Below are positions 18,100 through 28,929 of a DNA stretch of 64,000 nt, piece by piece. A model generated the notes under the pieces. That model was not told the DNA's origin. It did no database searches and worked only from the letters and a program-made list of their open reading frames with translations. The DNA is taken from contig CAWANJ010000009.1 of NCBI GenBank assembly GCA_963783385.1, forward strand, positions 288,001-352,000, in the 5' to 3' direction. Positions within the stretch are counted from its first letter, which is position 1. Each line of letters opens with the position of its first letter. A program made the translations under genes and the position numbers. Source of the DNA: an uncultured Gemmatimonadales bacterium. GTDB lineage: Bacteria > Gemmatimonadota > Gemmatimonadetes > Palauibacterales > Palauibacteraceae.

Positions 18100-20817
18100 T
18101 TGGCCAAGTACAGGATCTACGAGGTGGCGGACGAGCTGGGCGCGGAGTCGAGCCAGCTCATCCAGATGCTGCGCGAGATGGGCGTGCCCGTCCGCAGCCA
18201 CATGTCCACCATCGACGATGACCAGGTAGCGCGGCTCCACGCCTGGCTCGAGCGAGAGCGGCGAGCAGGGAACGGTGCGTCGTCCGCCGAGGCCGAGACC
18301 GGGGGCCGCCGCCGCCGTCGTCGTCGTCGCCGTCGCCCGGAGAAGGTGGCCACCGCGGCCGGGTCCGAGGAAGAGGCCGAGCTGTCCGCCGCGGAGGAAG
18401 AGATCTCCGAGGAGGATCTCGAGGAAGAGCTGTTCTCCGAAGCCATCGAGGAGCCGGAGGCGGTCGAAGAGGCCGAGGAAGAGGAAGAGGAGGCGGAGGA
18501 GCTCGAGGCGGAAACGGCCGAGCTCGTCGGGCCCGAGGCCGAAGTCGAGCTCGCGGTCGAGGAAGAGGCCGCCGAGGAGGCGGAAGGGACCGCCGAAGTC
18601 GCCGAGGCGGAGATCGAGGAGGAAGAAGAGGCGGAGGAAGAAGAGGCGGAGGAAGAAGAGGCGGAGGAACCCGCCGAGGCGGCAGCCGAGCCGGAAGGGG
18701 AGGAGTCCGGGGAGGCCGCTCCCAAGAAGAAGAAGAGGAAGCCTCGGCCGGTCCGGCGGGGTCTCAGCCACCGGCACGGCCCGGCCGCGTCGGCGGCGCC
18801 GGGTGGCTCGGTCAAGATCGAGGAAGGGTACGGAGCGGGTGGCCGGCGGGGTCGCCGCGGGCGGCGCAAGAAGCCACGCGTGGACCAGGACGTGGTGCAG
18901 GAGAACGTCAAGAAGACGCTGGCAGCCCTCGAGGGAGGCAGTGGTGGTGGCGGGCGTCGGCGACGTCGTGACACGGGACCGACCGAGACGGAGGTCGAGC
19001 GCGAGAAGCTCGAGCAGGAGCGCGAGGCGGAGAAGACCCGCGTCCGGGTCAACGAGTTCCTCACGGTCGCCGAGCTGGCCGATCTCATCGACGCCTCGGC
19101 CCAGGAGATCATCACGTCGGCCTTCAAGAACCTGGGCCTCATGGTGACGATCAACCAGCGCCTGGACTTCGACCAGATCGAGCTGATCTGCGAGGAGTTC
19201 GGGTACGAGGCGGTTCGCGAGGAGGCCTACGAGGCGGATCTGCCCGAACTGGAGGAGGAAGACGAGGAGGTCAACGAGGAGGACCTGCGGCCTCGCGCTC
19301 CCGTGGTGACCGTGATGGGCCACGTGGACCACGGCAAGACCTCGCTCCTGGACCACATCCGCAAGGCCAACGTGGTCGCCGGCGAGTCCGGCGGGATCAC
19401 CCAGCACATCGGCGCCTACCGGGTCGACCTGGACGGCGGGCGTTCCCTGACCTTCCTCGATACGCCGGGACACGAGGCGTTCACCGCGATGCGCGCGCGC
19501 GGTGCGGACCTTACCGACGTCGTCATCCTCGTCGTCGCGGCCGATGACGCGGTGATGCCGCAGACGGTGGAGGCCATCAGCCACGCCAAGAACGCCGGGG
19601 TTCCGCTGGTCGTCGCCATCAACAAGATCGACCTCCCGAGCGTGGATGTGGCCCGCGTCAAGCAGGACCTCCTCTCCCACGAGGTCGTGCTCGAGGACTT
19701 CGGAGGCGATGTCCTCTCGGCCGAGGTGTCGGCCAAGACGGGCCAGGGCGTCGATGACCTTCTCGAGAAGATCCTGCTCCAGTCCGAGCTCCTGGAGCTC
19801 AAGGCCGACCCGGAGCGGGCCGCGAGGGGCACCGTGGTAGAGGCCGAGCTGGACCGCGGCATGGGTCCGGTGGCCACTGTGCTCGTCCAGAACGGTACGC
19901 TCCGGGTGGGCGATGATTTCCTGTGCGGGCTGCACGCCGGGCGCGTGCGGGCTCTGCTGGACGAGCGCGGAAACAACGTGGAGAGCGCCGGTCCCGCCAC
20001 GCCGGTCCGGGTGCTGGGCCTCGAGGCGGTCCCCCAGGCCGGCGACTCGCTGGTGGCCCTCGAGGCCGACCGGGCCCGGGAGATCGCCACCCGCAGACAG
20101 CAGCTCGAGCGCGAGAAGGACATCCGACGGCGGGCCAAGGGCACGCGACTCGAGGACGTCTTCGAGCAGATCCAGGCCGGGGAGCAGGCGATCCTCAACC
20201 TGGTCATCAAGGGCGACACGGACGGCTCCGTCCAGGCGTTGTCGGATTCGCTGGAGCGCCTCAGCACCGATGAAGTGGCCGTCGAGGTCATCCACCGCGG
20301 CGTGGGCGCCATCAACGAGTCCGACGTCCTGCTGGCCACGACGTCCGATGCCACGATCCTCGGGTTCCACGTGCGGCCTGACAACAAGGCTCGAGCGGTG
20401 GCCGAGTCGGAGGGCGTCGAGATCCGTACCTATGACGTGATCTACGAGGCCGTACAGGACGTGCGCGACGCGCTCGAGGGCATGCTGGAGCCCGAGGAGC
20501 GGGAGATCGTGGTCGGCACGGCGGAGGTGCGACAGCTGTTCCGGGTCCCGAAGGTCGGAACCGTTGCCGGCTGCTACGTCTCGATGGGCCAGATCCAGCG
20601 TAACCTGCCCCTCCGCCTCCTGCGTGACGGGGTGGTGGTCTACGAGGGCAGCATGGACAGCCTCAAGCGCTTCAAGGACGATGTCCGCGAAGTGCGGGAA
20701 GGCTACGAGTGCGGACTGTCCATCGCGGGCTACAACGACGTCAAGGTCGGCGACGTCATCGAGTGCTACCGGGTGGAGGAGGTCGCACGGACGCTGTCTC
20801 AGAGTGCCGCCTCCTAG
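18100..20817 (+). CDS. infB: Translation initiation factor IF-2
   Basis: TTG start KYRIYEVA; [46 protein letters not shown]. Confidence 0.97.
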   Translation: MAKYRIYEVADELGAESSQLIQMLREMGVPVRSHMSTIDDDQVARLHAWLERERRAGNGASSAEAETGGRRRRRRRRRRPEKVATAAGSEEEAELSAAEEEISEEDLEEELFSEAIEEPEAVEEAEEEEEEAEELEAETAELVGPEAEVELAVEEEAAEEAEGTAEVAEAEIEEEEEAEEEEAEEEEAEEPAEAAAEPEGEESGEAAPKKKKRKPRPVRRGLSHRHGPAASAAPGGSVKIEEGYGAGGRRGRRGRRKKPRVDQDVVQENVKKTLAALEGGSGGGGRRRRRDTGPTETEVEREKLEQEREAEKTRVRVNEFLTVAELADLIDASAQEIITSAFKNLGLMVTINQRLDFDQIELICEEFGYEAVREEAYEADLPELEEEDEEVNEEDLRPRAPVVTVMGHVDHGKTSLLDHIRKANVVAGESGGITQHIGAYRVDLDGGRSLTFLDTPGHEAFTAMRARGADLTDVVILVVAADDAVMPQTVEAISHAKNAGVPLVVAINKIDLPSVDVARVKQDLLSHEVVLEDFGGDVLSAEVSAKTGQGVDDLLEKILLQSELLELKADPERAARGTVVEAELDRGMGPVATVLVQNGTLRVGDDFLCGLHAGRVRALLDERGNNVESAGPATPVRVLGLEAVPQAGDSLVALEADRAREIATRRQQLEREKDIRRRAKGTRLEDVFEQIQAGEQAILNLVIKGDTDGSVQALSDSLERLSTDEVAVEVIHRGVGAINESDVLLATTSDATILGFHVRPDNKARAVAESEGVEIRTYDVIYEAVQDVRDALEGMLEPEEREIVVGTAEVRQLFRVPKVGTVAGCYVSMGQIQRNLPLRLLRDGVVVYEGSMDSLKRFKDDVREVREGYECGLSIAGYNDVKVGDVIECYRVEEVARTLSQSAAS
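18619..18669 (+). repeat. 15-bp tandem repeat GAGGAAGAAGAGGCG, about 3.4 copies (EEEEA), in the infB linker
   Basis: Three exact copies plus a partial copy, read directly from the sequence. Confidence 0.8.
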
Positions 20818-20859
20818 GGCCCGAGCCCGTCCCCGTTCCGGATCGCAGCCTCCCGTATC

Positions 20860-21147
20860 TTGTCCGCCGTCGTAGGCGTCGCCCGGTGGGTCTTGCATCT
20901 GCCCGGATGCCGTTCGCTCAAGGCCAAGCGCAAGGTGGTCCACAGCCTTCGCGACCGGATGCGGTCCCGGTTCGGCGTGTCGGTCGCCGAGACGGACTTC
21001 CAGGACGAGTGGCGGCGGGCCGAGCTGTGCGCCGCGCTGGTCACTTCGGATCGCCGTCTGGCCGAGTCCATCCTCTCGAAGCTCGACGACCACGTGGCGT
21101 CCGATCCCCGGGCGCACGTCATCGAACGCGAGACGGTGCTCTATTGA
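20860..21147 (+). CDS. DUF503 (YlxP) family protein
   Basis: LHLPGCRSLKAKRKVV, RFGVSVAETDFQD; conserved position between infB and rbfA. Confidence 0.9.
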   Translation: MSAVVGVARWVLHLPGCRSLKAKRKVVHSLRDRMRSRFGVSVAETDFQDEWRRAELCAALVTSDRRLAESILSKLDDHVASDPRAHVIERETVLY

Positions 21148-21217
21148 AGGCCCGATTCCGCGGCGGCTCGATCGTTCCACACGGCGCTCCTACGCGCCCC
21201 GTGGCCGGGAGCGGTCC

Positions 21218-21610
21218 GTGACCGGGCACCGCCGCGTGCGCCGGCTGAACCAGCTCCTGCGCGAGGAGCTCTCGCGTCTCATCCGGCGGGAGGTCAAGGA
21301 CCCCCGGGTCGGCCTGGTGACCGTCACCAATGTGGACGTGACCTCCGACCTCGAGCATGCCACCGTCTACGTGAGGACCGTCGAGGCCGACCGGTCGATG
21401 GATGAGCTGCTCGCCGGCCTCCACAGCGCGGGCGGCTATCTCCGCCACGCGCTGGGTAAGGAGCTCCATCTGCGTCGGATCCCCGAGCTACGCTTCGAGG
21501 AGGACCGGAGCCTCGAGCGCGCCCGGCGCATCGAGGCCCTGCTCGAGCAGGCGCTGGAGGGCGACGAGGACCCGGGGAGCGACGGAGCGGATGACCGCGC
21601 GGAGCCCTGA
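21218..21610 (+). CDS. rbfA: Ribosome-binding factor A
   Basis: KDPRVGLVTVTNVDVTSDL, LRRIPELRF. Confidence 0.96.
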   Translation: MTGHRRVRRLNQLLREELSRLIRREVKDPRVGLVTVTNVDVTSDLEHATVYVRTVEADRSMDELLAGLHSAGGYLRHALGKELHLRRIPELRFEEDRSLERARRIEALLEQALEGDEDPGSDGADDRAEP

Positions 21611-22559
21611 AGAGGGTCCCGAGGGTGTCCTCCTGGTCGACAAGTCGGCCGGGCCGACCTCCACGGACGTGGTGCGCCGCGCCCGCCGGTGCCTCGGCGT
21701 CCGCCGCATAGGGCACGCGGGCACGCTCGATCCGTTCGCGACCGGCCTCCTCCTGATGTGCGTGGGACGGGTCACCCGCCTGGTTCGCTACCTGCACCTC
21801 CTCCCCAAGACCTACCGCGCCAGGATGCACCTGGGCGTCGAGACCTCGACCCACGACCCGGAGGGCGACGTGGTCAGCAGCTCGGAGACGTGGCGCCAGG
21901 TGGACCGGGGCGGTGTCGAAGCCGCGGCCGCGGAGCTCACGGGACGGATCGAGCAGGTCCCGCCGCGGTTCTCGGCCGTGAAGGTGGGTGGGCGCCGGGC
22001 CTACGAGGCGGCGCGTGCGGGGGAGGACGTGCAGCTGGAGGCCCGGCCGGTCCAGGTGGAGTCCTTCCGGATCGTCGCCTTCGACCCTCCCGCGCTCGAG
22101 GTCGAGACCGTCGTGGGCACGGGCACGTACATCCGGGGGCTGGCGCGCGACCTGGGGAGGGCGCTGGGCTGCGGCGCCCACCTGCGCACCCTGAGGCGGA
22201 CCGCGATCGGGCCGTTCGCCGTGGCCGAGGCGGTCGCGGACGCCGAGCTGGAAGAGGGCGCGGCGCACGACCTGCAGGGGTCCGGGGCATGGCGCTCGCC
22301 GGCGGGCGCGGTGGCCTGGCTACCGTTCAGGGAGCTCGAGCCCGGCGAGGTCGAGCGCGTACGGCACGGCGGAGAGGTGCCGCGCGGGAGCGTCGTGCCC
22401 GGTGTGACGGCCGCCGGGCCGGCGGCTTCGGGGGCCGGGGCTGTCGGGTACGATGAGAGCGGGAGCCCTGTGGCGCTGCTGCGGGCCGGCGTGCTGGTGG
22501 CGGTGGCCGAGCCGCTGGGTACGGCACTCCAGCCCCGCGTCGTGCTCGATGCCGCCTGA
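21591..22559 (+). CDS. truB: tRNA pseudouridine(55) synthase
   Basis: GVLLVDK, GHAGTLDPFATG, PPRFSAVKVGGRRAY, GTYIRGLARDLG. Confidence 0.96.
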   Translation: MTARSPEEGPEGVLLVDKSAGPTSTDVVRRARRCLGVRRIGHAGTLDPFATGLLLMCVGRVTRLVRYLHLLPKTYRARMHLGVETSTHDPEGDVVSSSETWRQVDRGGVEAAAAELTGRIEQVPPRFSAVKVGGRRAYEAARAGEDVQLEARPVQVESFRIVAFDPPALEVETVVGTGTYIRGLARDLGRALGCGAHLRTLRRTAIGPFAVAEAVADAELEEGAAHDLQGSGAWRSPAGAVAWLPFRELEPGEVERVRHGGEVPRGSVVPGVTAAGPAASGAGAVGYDESGSPVALLRAGVLVAVAEPLGTALQPRVVLDAA

Positions 22560-23523
22560 GGGGACGCTGCGAGCCGGGGAAGGCCGTCCCGCGGGGAGCG
22601 GACCGAGCGGTTTGCCCCCGGAAGTGGAGGGCACCGTGCTCACGGTGGGCACCTTCGACGGGGTGCACCGCGGACACCGGGCGGTCCTGGCCGAGATCGT
22701 GGACCGGGCGGGAGCCCGGGGCCTGTCGAGCGTGCTGGTGACGTTCGATCGGCACCCCCTCACGGTGGTGCGCCCCGAGCAGGCGCCCACGCTGCTCACG
22801 ACGCCGGACGAGAAGAAGGAGATCCTCGCGCAGACGGGCCTCGACTACGTGGCTTTCCTCTGCTTCACCCGTGCGCTGTCGCGCTACTCGCCGGAGGCGT
22901 TCGTCCGGACCTTCCTGGTCGACCGCTTCCGTGTCCGCGAGCTGGTGATCGGCTACGATCACGGCTTCGGCCGCGACCGGTCGGGAGATATCCAGACGCT
23001 GCGGCGTCTGGGCACCGAGCTGGGCTTCGACGTCGACGTGGTCGGCGAGGTGAGCGCGGATGGCGGGTCGATCTCCTCGACCCGGATCCGCCAGGCCGTC
23101 GGCGAGGGACGGATGGAGGACGCCGCCCTCGGCCTGGGTCGGCCCTACTCTATACAGGCGCCGATCGTGCACGGGCAGGGAAGGGGCCGGGACCTCGGAT
23201 TCCCGACCGCCAACCTCCAGTCGCCCGGTGGCGCCAAGCTGCTGCCGCCGCCGGGGATCTACGCCGTGCGTGCCAGCCTGCGGGCCGAGATCCGGAAGGG
23301 CCTCGTGCACCTGGGACCGCGGCCGACCTTCCCGGGCAGCCCCCCGTCCATCGAGCTGTATCTCCTGGACTTCGATGGGGACCTGTACGGGGAGCCCGTT
23401 CGGGTCGAATTCCTCTCCCGTCTCAGGGACGTTCTGCCGTTCACGTCGGCCGCGGAGCTGGTCGATAAGATGCGCGAGGATGTACGGGAAGCTCGGGCCT
23501 ACTTCGCCGCCTCCGGGACGTGA
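22549..23523 (+). CDS. ribF: Bifunctional riboflavin kinase/FAD synthetase
   Basis: [34 protein letters not shown]. Confidence 0.96.
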   Translation: MPPEGTLRAGEGRPAGSGPSGLPPEVEGTVLTVGTFDGVHRGHRAVLAEIVDRAGARGLSSVLVTFDRHPLTVVRPEQAPTLLTTPDEKKEILAQTGLDYVAFLCFTRALSRYSPEAFVRTFLVDRFRVRELVIGYDHGFGRDRSGDIQTLRRLGTELGFDVDVVGEVSADGGSISSTRIRQAVGEGRMEDAALGLGRPYSIQAPIVHGQGRGRDLGFPTANLQSPGGAKLLPPPGIYAVRASLRAEIRKGLVHLGPRPTFPGSPPSIELYLLDFDGDLYGEPVRVEFLSRLRDVLPFTSAAELVDKMREDVREARAYFAASGT

Positions 23524-23555
23524 ACCGGGCCGTGGCTGGCACCCCTGGCACGTTC

Positions 23556-23584
23556 TTTACAGGAAGGGTAGAACCGACTATGAT
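23556..23584 (+). promoter_or_regulatory. Sigma70 promoter TTTACA-17-TATGAT for rpsO-pnp
   Basis: Each hexamer is one mismatch from consensus; 17-nt spacer. Confidence 0.75.
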
Positions 23585-23674
23585 TGTGGACTTGGCGGCC
23601 GACCGAGTGGCCGCCGCTCGCGACGGGATGGAACCGGGAGGCCCGGCACGGCCTCGACAGTGACGAGGGAGGAC

Positions 23675-23944
23675 ATGCCCCTGACCGCCGACAAGACTGC
23701 CGAGATCGCCGAGAAGTTCGGCCGACACGAGAACGACCACGGCTCGGCGGCCGTGCAGATCGCGCTCCTCACGGCGCGCATCGAAGAGCTCACCGAGCAC
23801 TTCCGCGAGCACCCCAAGGACCACCACAGCCGCCGGGGCCTCCTCACGATGGTGGGACGGCGACGTCGGCTGCTGAGCTACCTGCGCGGGCACGACCTGG
23901 AGCGTTACCGCTGGGTGATCGAGGAGCTGGGGCTGCGTCACTGA
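23675..23944 (+). CDS. rpsO: 30S ribosomal protein S15
   Basis: 89 aa; [23 protein letters not shown]; GGAGG RBS. Confidence 0.98.
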   Translation: MPLTADKTAEIAEKFGRHENDHGSAAVQIALLTARIEELTEHFREHPKDHHSRRGLLTMVGRRRRLLSYLRGHDLERYRWVIEELGLRH

Positions 23945-24110
23945 CCGCCGGCTTCGCTCCATCCCGCCGCGGGACCATGCAGGGGCCGCCGGGCGCCGTT
24001 CCGTGCGCGTCGGGCGGCCCTCGTGACGATGGGGTCCCTCGCGGCGGTCGGCCGACGATGACGATGAGACGACGAAGAGCAACGAGCCATTGGATAGAGG
24101 GACGACAGCG

Positions 24111-26207
24111 ATGAGTCACAGGATCGAGAGAGAGTTCTGGGGTCGGCCGCTCGTGATCGAGACCGGCCGCATGGCACGACAGGCGGACGGCGCGGTGTAC
24201 CTGCAGTTCGGCGAGACCGCGGTGCTGGTGACGGCGGTGGCGGAGCGCAAGCGCTCCAACCTCCCCTTCTTCCCGCTCACGGTCGAATACCGCGAGAAGA
24301 GCTACGCCGCGGGCAAGTTCCCGGGCGGCTTCTACAAGCGCGAGGGTCGGCCGGGCGACAAGGAGACGGTCTCCGCGCGCCAGATCGACCGACCCCTGCG
24401 TCCCCTGTTCCCCGACGGCTTCCAGAACGAGACGCAGGTCGCCTGCTTCATCATCTCGGCCGACCAGGAGAACGACGCGGACGTGCTCGGGATGCTGGGT
24501 GCCTCGGCGGCGCTCAGCCTGTCACCCATTCCATGGAACGGCCCGATCGCCGGCGTGCGGGTCGGTCGCCTGGACGGTGAGTGGGTGATCAACCCGACTT
24601 TCCAGCAGCTGGAGTTCTCCGAGACCGACATCGTGGTGGCCGGCACCGAGGACTCGATCGTCATGGTCGAGGGCGCGGCGGTCGAGATCTCCGAGGACCT
24701 GTTCATCGAGGCTCTGGAGGTCGCGCACGAGGCCATTCGCCAGCTCATCGACCTCCAGAAGGAGCTGGTCGAGATGGCGGGCGGCGCTCTCGAGAAGTTC
24801 GAGTGGGAGGGTCCCGACATCCCCGAGGGTCTCGAGGACGCCGTCCGGGAGGCGGCGGAGGCCCGGGTGCAGGAGGCGCTCAACCTGCCGAGCAAGGACG
24901 AGCGCAACCAGGCTCTGTCGGCGCTCCGCCACCAGCTCACCGAGGAGCTGGCCGAGCGCTTCCCGGACCACGTCGACCAGGTCGGCGAGGCGACTCGGGC
25001 ACTCCAGAAGAAGGTCATGCGCCGGCAGATCCTGGAGCGGGGCGAGCGCGTGGACGGCCGGTCGCTGGACCAGATCCGGCCGATCACGTGCGAGGTCGGC
25101 GTGCTGCCCAGGCCGCACGGGTCCGCCCTGTTCACGCGCGGCCAGACACAGGCGCTGGCGGTGACGACGCTGGGCACGGTGAGCGACGAGCAGCGCATCG
25201 ATTCCATCGACGTCCTCGAGGAGACTTCGAAGTCGTTCATGCTCCACTACAACTTCCCGCCCTTCTCGGTCGGGGAGGTGCGGCGCTTCCGGGGGCCGGG
25301 CCGGCGCGAGATCGGGCACGGCATGCTGGCCGAGCGGGCCCTGCAGCCCATGTTGCCGCCGTACGATGAGTTCCCCTACACGATCCGCGTCGTCTCCGAC
25401 ATCCTGGAGTCCAACGGCTCGAGCTCGATGGCGTCGGTGTGCGGAGGTTCGCTGTCCATGATGGATGCCGGGGTTCCGCTGCGGGCGGCCGTGGCCGGCA
25501 TCGCCATGGGACTGATCGAGGAAGGCGGCCAGACGGCGGTCCTGACCGACATCCTGGGGATCGAGGACGCGCTCGGCGACATGGACTTCAAGGTGGCCGG
25601 CACCGACCAGGGCATCACGGCCATCCAGATGGACAACAAGTCGGGTGGGCTGGAGGTGTCCGTGCTTCGGCAGGCGCTGGAGCGGGCCCACCAGGCGAGG
25701 CTCCACATCCTCGAGATCATGGCCCAGACGATGCCCCGGCCTCGCGCCGAGCTGTCGGAGCACGCTCCGAGGATCATCACGGTGGAGATCGATCCCGACA
25801 AGATCGGCAAGGTCATCGGTCCCAAGGGCAAGACGATCCGCGCCATCCAGGACGAGACCGGAGCCGAGATCAACATCGAGGACTCCGGGGTGGTGACCAT
25901 CTCCTCGCCGGGCGGGGAGGGCGGCGAGCGGGCTCGTCAGATGATCGAGGCCCTCGTGGAGGAGCCCGAGGTCGGCCGCGTATACGAAGGGGTGGTCAAG
26001 AACACGACCAGCTTCGGCGCGTTCGTCGAGATCCTCCCGGGTGTCGAGGGCCTGTGCCACATCTCGGAGCTCGAGGACAAGCGCACGGAGAACACGGAGG
26101 ATGTCGTCAAGAGCGGCGACCGCGTGCGCGTCAAGCTCCTCGCGATCAACGAGAAGGGGCAGCTCAAGCTCTCCCGTAAGGCTGTCCTGCCGGCCGAGCA
26201 GAACTGA
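24111..26207 (+). CDS. pnp: Polyribonucleotide nucleotidyltransferase
   Basis: GKFPGGFYKREG, FTRGQTQ, RREIGHG, ESNGSSSMASVCG, GDMDFKVAG, KH and S1 domains. Confidence 0.98.
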   Translation: MSHRIEREFWGRPLVIETGRMARQADGAVYLQFGETAVLVTAVAERKRSNLPFFPLTVEYREKSYAAGKFPGGFYKREGRPGDKETVSARQIDRPLRPLFPDGFQNETQVACFIISADQENDADVLGMLGASAALSLSPIPWNGPIAGVRVGRLDGEWVINPTFQQLEFSETDIVVAGTEDSIVMVEGAAVEISEDLFIEALEVAHEAIRQLIDLQKELVEMAGGALEKFEWEGPDIPEGLEDAVREAAEARVQEALNLPSKDERNQALSALRHQLTEELAERFPDHVDQVGEATRALQKKVMRRQILERGERVDGRSLDQIRPITCEVGVLPRPHGSALFTRGQTQALAVTTLGTVSDEQRIDSIDVLEETSKSFMLHYNFPPFSVGEVRRFRGPGRREIGHGMLAERALQPMLPPYDEFPYTIRVVSDILESNGSSSMASVCGGSLSMMDAGVPLRAAVAGIAMGLIEEGGQTAVLTDILGIEDALGDMDFKVAGTDQGITAIQMDNKSGGLEVSVLRQALERAHQARLHILEIMAQTMPRPRAELSEHAPRIITVEIDPDKIGKVIGPKGKTIRAIQDETGAEINIEDSGVVTISSPGGEGGERARQMIEALVEEPEVGRVYEGVVKNTTSFGAFVEILPGVEGLCHISELEDKRTENTEDVVKSGDRVRVKLLAINEKGQLKLSRKAVLPAEQN

Positions 26208-26218
26208 GGGCTACGTCG

Positions 26219-27586
26219 GTGCCCACGGGGGGCGGGGACGGCTCCCGGGGACCCGGGCCGGGTGGGTCCGAGAGCGGGCTCGTCGGCGCCGCGGGCGCTG
26301 CAACCCGGGCGTCGCCCGCACCGCCATCCGGCGGGACGGGTCCCCGCTCCGAGCGGTTGGCGCCGGGCGTCGTGCGCACGGTCTTCCCGGACGGCTTCAC
26401 GGTCCTCACCGAGACGATGGAGGGCGTCCGCTCCCTGGCAGCCGGGGTGTGGATCCGCCAGGGCACCGTCCACGAGCCGGCGCCCGTGCGCGGCATCTCC
26501 CACCTCCTCGAGCACATGGTGTTCAAGGGCACGGGTCGGCGCAGCGCCCGGCAGATCGCCCTCGAGATCGAGGAGGTCGGCGGCAACCTCGACGCCTACA
26601 CTACGCACGAGCACACGGGGTTCACCGCCCGGGTCCCGGCCGACCACGCCGAGCGCGCGCTCGACGTCCTGTGCGACATGGTGTTCTCGCCCACGCTGCG
26701 CTCCCGCGACCTCGAGCCCGAGCGGGAGGTCGTGCTCGAGGAGATCGCCGGCGTCGAGGATTCGCCCGACCAGCTCGTGTTCGAGCTCCACGCCCCGTTC
26801 CTGTACGGGAGCCACCCCTACGGCGCGCCGATCCTCGGGACCCGGACGACGGCATCCGCTCTGACGGAGCGGGATCTCCGCGAGCTGCATCGGGGCACCT
26901 ACCGACGTTCCAACGCCGTGTTCGCCGCGGCCGGGAACGTGGACCACGAGGCGCTGGTGGAGTCCCTGCTCGGGCGGCTGCCGGCGCAACAGCCGGCCAA
27001 CTCGGCCGAGGTGGGTGAGCCGGAGACCTGGGGCCGCGGTACGCGACGCGTGGAGCGGGAAGGGGGGCAGCAAGCCCACGTCGTGGCCGCCGTGCCCGGC
27101 GTGCCCTACGGGCACCCCCTCCGCTACGCCGCCGTGCTCGTGGAGACGGCGCTGGGCGAGGGCATGAGCTCGCGGCTGTTCCAACGCGTTCGCGAGGAGC
27201 TGGGCCTGGTCTACACGATCTACAGCTTCCATGCGTTCTACGGTAGGGCGGGACACGCCGGGGCCTACCTGGCGACCCGACCCGAGACGGCGGAAGAGGC
27301 GCGTGAGGCCATGCTCCAGGAGCTGGACGTCCTGGCTCACGAGGGTCTCCGGCCGCAGGAGCTCGCCTCCACGAGGGAGCAGCTCAAAGGATCGGCGATG
27401 CTGTCGCTGGAGTCCCCGGCGTCGCGCATGCACCGACTCGCCGGGACCGCGCTCTACGGTGAGCCCTTCAGAACGATGGACGAGCTCGCCGGGCTCATCG
27501 ACGCGATCACCGTCGATCAGGCCGCCGAAGCGGCGGCCCTCTTCGAACCGGACCGGGCGGCGGTGCTCGAGCTCGCTCCGGCCTGA
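26219..27586 (+). CDS. M16 family zinc peptidase
   Basis: Inverted zincin GISHLLEHMVFKGT, EREVVLEEI, MSSRLFQRVREELGLVY. Start uncertain. Confidence 0.92.
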   Translation: MPTGGGDGSRGPGPGGSESGLVGAAGAATRASPAPPSGGTGPRSERLAPGVVRTVFPDGFTVLTETMEGVRSLAAGVWIRQGTVHEPAPVRGISHLLEHMVFKGTGRRSARQIALEIEEVGGNLDAYTTHEHTGFTARVPADHAERALDVLCDMVFSPTLRSRDLEPEREVVLEEIAGVEDSPDQLVFELHAPFLYGSHPYGAPILGTRTTASALTERDLRELHRGTYRRSNAVFAAAGNVDHEALVESLLGRLPAQQPANSAEVGEPETWGRGTRRVEREGGQQAHVVAAVPGVPYGHPLRYAAVLVETALGEGMSSRLFQRVREELGLVYTIYSFHAFYGRAGHAGAYLATRPETAEEAREAMLQELDVLAHEGLRPQELASTREQLKGSAMLSLESPASRMHRLAGTALYGEPFRTMDELAGLIDAITVDQAAEAAALFEPDRAAVLELAPA

Positions 27587-27616
27587 ACCGATAAGAAACG
27601 ACGCAGGAGTTCAGCC

Positions 27617-28729
27617 ATGATCGTCGGCGTGCCGAGGGAGATCAAACCGGATGAGAACAGGGTCGCACTCGTGCCCTCGGGCGTCGAGGCGCTGGTGCGG
27701 GCTGGACACCGGGTCCTGGTCGAGACGGAGGCCGGGGCGGGGAGCGGCTTCCCCGACGAGGCGTACGAGGGTGTCGGAGGGGAGATCGCGGACGGGCCGG
27801 ACGCGGTGTGGGGGACGGCCGAGATGGTCGTCAAGGTGAAGGAGCCGGTAGGCGCCGAGTACGGCCGTCTCCGTGACGGCCAGGTGGTGTTCACCTACTT
27901 CCACTTCGCGGCCGACCGGGAGCTCACGGAGGCCGTGCTCGACAGCGGCTGTGTGGCCATCGCTTACGAGACCGTGCAGCTCCCCCGCGGCGAGCTCCCG
28001 TTGCTGACGCCCATGTCGGAGGTGGCGGGCCGGATGGCCGTGCAGGAAGGGGCCAAGTATCTGGAGAAGGTGTCCGGCGGCCGCGGCATCCTGCTCGGTG
28101 GCGTACCGGGCGTCCTGCCCGCGGAGGTCGTGATCCTCGGCGGCGGCGTGGTCGGCACGAACGCCGCCAAGATCGCCGCCGGCTTCGGAGCGCACGTGAC
28201 CGTGCTCGACGTGGACCTCGACCGGCTGCGCTACCTGTCCGATGTGATGCCGGCCAACGTGGACCTCCTGTACTCGAACCGTCATCACATACTCGACCAG
28301 CTCGAACGCGTGGACCTGCTGGTCGGGGCCGTGCTGCTGCCCGGCGCCAAGGCACCCGAGCTGGTGCGACGCGAGGACCTGGCCCGGATGCGCGAGGGGT
28401 CGGTGGTCGTGGACGTGGCGGTCGACCAGGGCGGCTGCGTCGAGACCATCCACCCGACCACCCATGCCGACCCGACCTACGTGGTGGACGGGGTCGTGCA
28501 CTACGGCGTCTCGAACATGCCCGGGGCGGTCCCGAGGACCTCCACGCTGGCGCTCACGAACGCGACCTTCCCCTACGCCCTCACCCTGGCGGCGCGCGGA
28601 TGGCGCGAGGCGTGTCGGGACGACATGTCCCTGGCGCGCGGCCTGAACGTCGTGGAGGGCCGCTGCAGCTACGCGGCGGTGGCCGAAGTCTTCGATCTTC
28701 CGTACACGCCGCTCGAGGAGGTGCTCTGA
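27617..28729 (+). CDS. ald: Alanine dehydrogenase
   Basis: [56 protein letters not shown]. Confidence 0.96.
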   Translation: MIVGVPREIKPDENRVALVPSGVEALVRAGHRVLVETEAGAGSGFPDEAYEGVGGEIADGPDAVWGTAEMVVKVKEPVGAEYGRLRDGQVVFTYFHFAADRELTEAVLDSGCVAIAYETVQLPRGELPLLTPMSEVAGRMAVQEGAKYLEKVSGGRGILLGGVPGVLPAEVVILGGGVVGTNAAKIAAGFGAHVTVLDVDLDRLRYLSDVMPANVDLLYSNRHHILDQLERVDLLVGAVLLPGAKAPELVRREDLARMREGSVVVDVAVDQGGCVETIHPTTHADPTYVVDGVVHYGVSNMPGAVPRTSTLALTNATFPYALTLAARGWREACRDDMSLARGLNVVEGRCSYAAVAEVFDLPYTPLEEVL

Positions 28730-28929
28730 GCCTCCCGTCGACACGGCGGCCCGACCGGGCCTGAGGCGCCGTGATCTCCTTTCGCCGCACGGGACGTCGG
28801 TCTAGATTGGGCCGGTTCCCGGAGGGCGAGCCTCCTCACGCCCTCCCGGTCGGGCCAGTCCGGATGCGTCGCCGACCCCTCGGTCGCGATCCGGGTCGGG
28901 CGCAGCTTTAGCTTTCGTCGGGTTCTCGC

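Noticed and set aside
17875-21180. 1101-aa antisense ORF and other long reverse or alternate-frame ORFs (e.g. 52431..55112, 30709..33045, 61376..63646)
   Set aside because: Shadow ORFs of high-GC codon usage opposite well-supported genes; no recognisable motifs.
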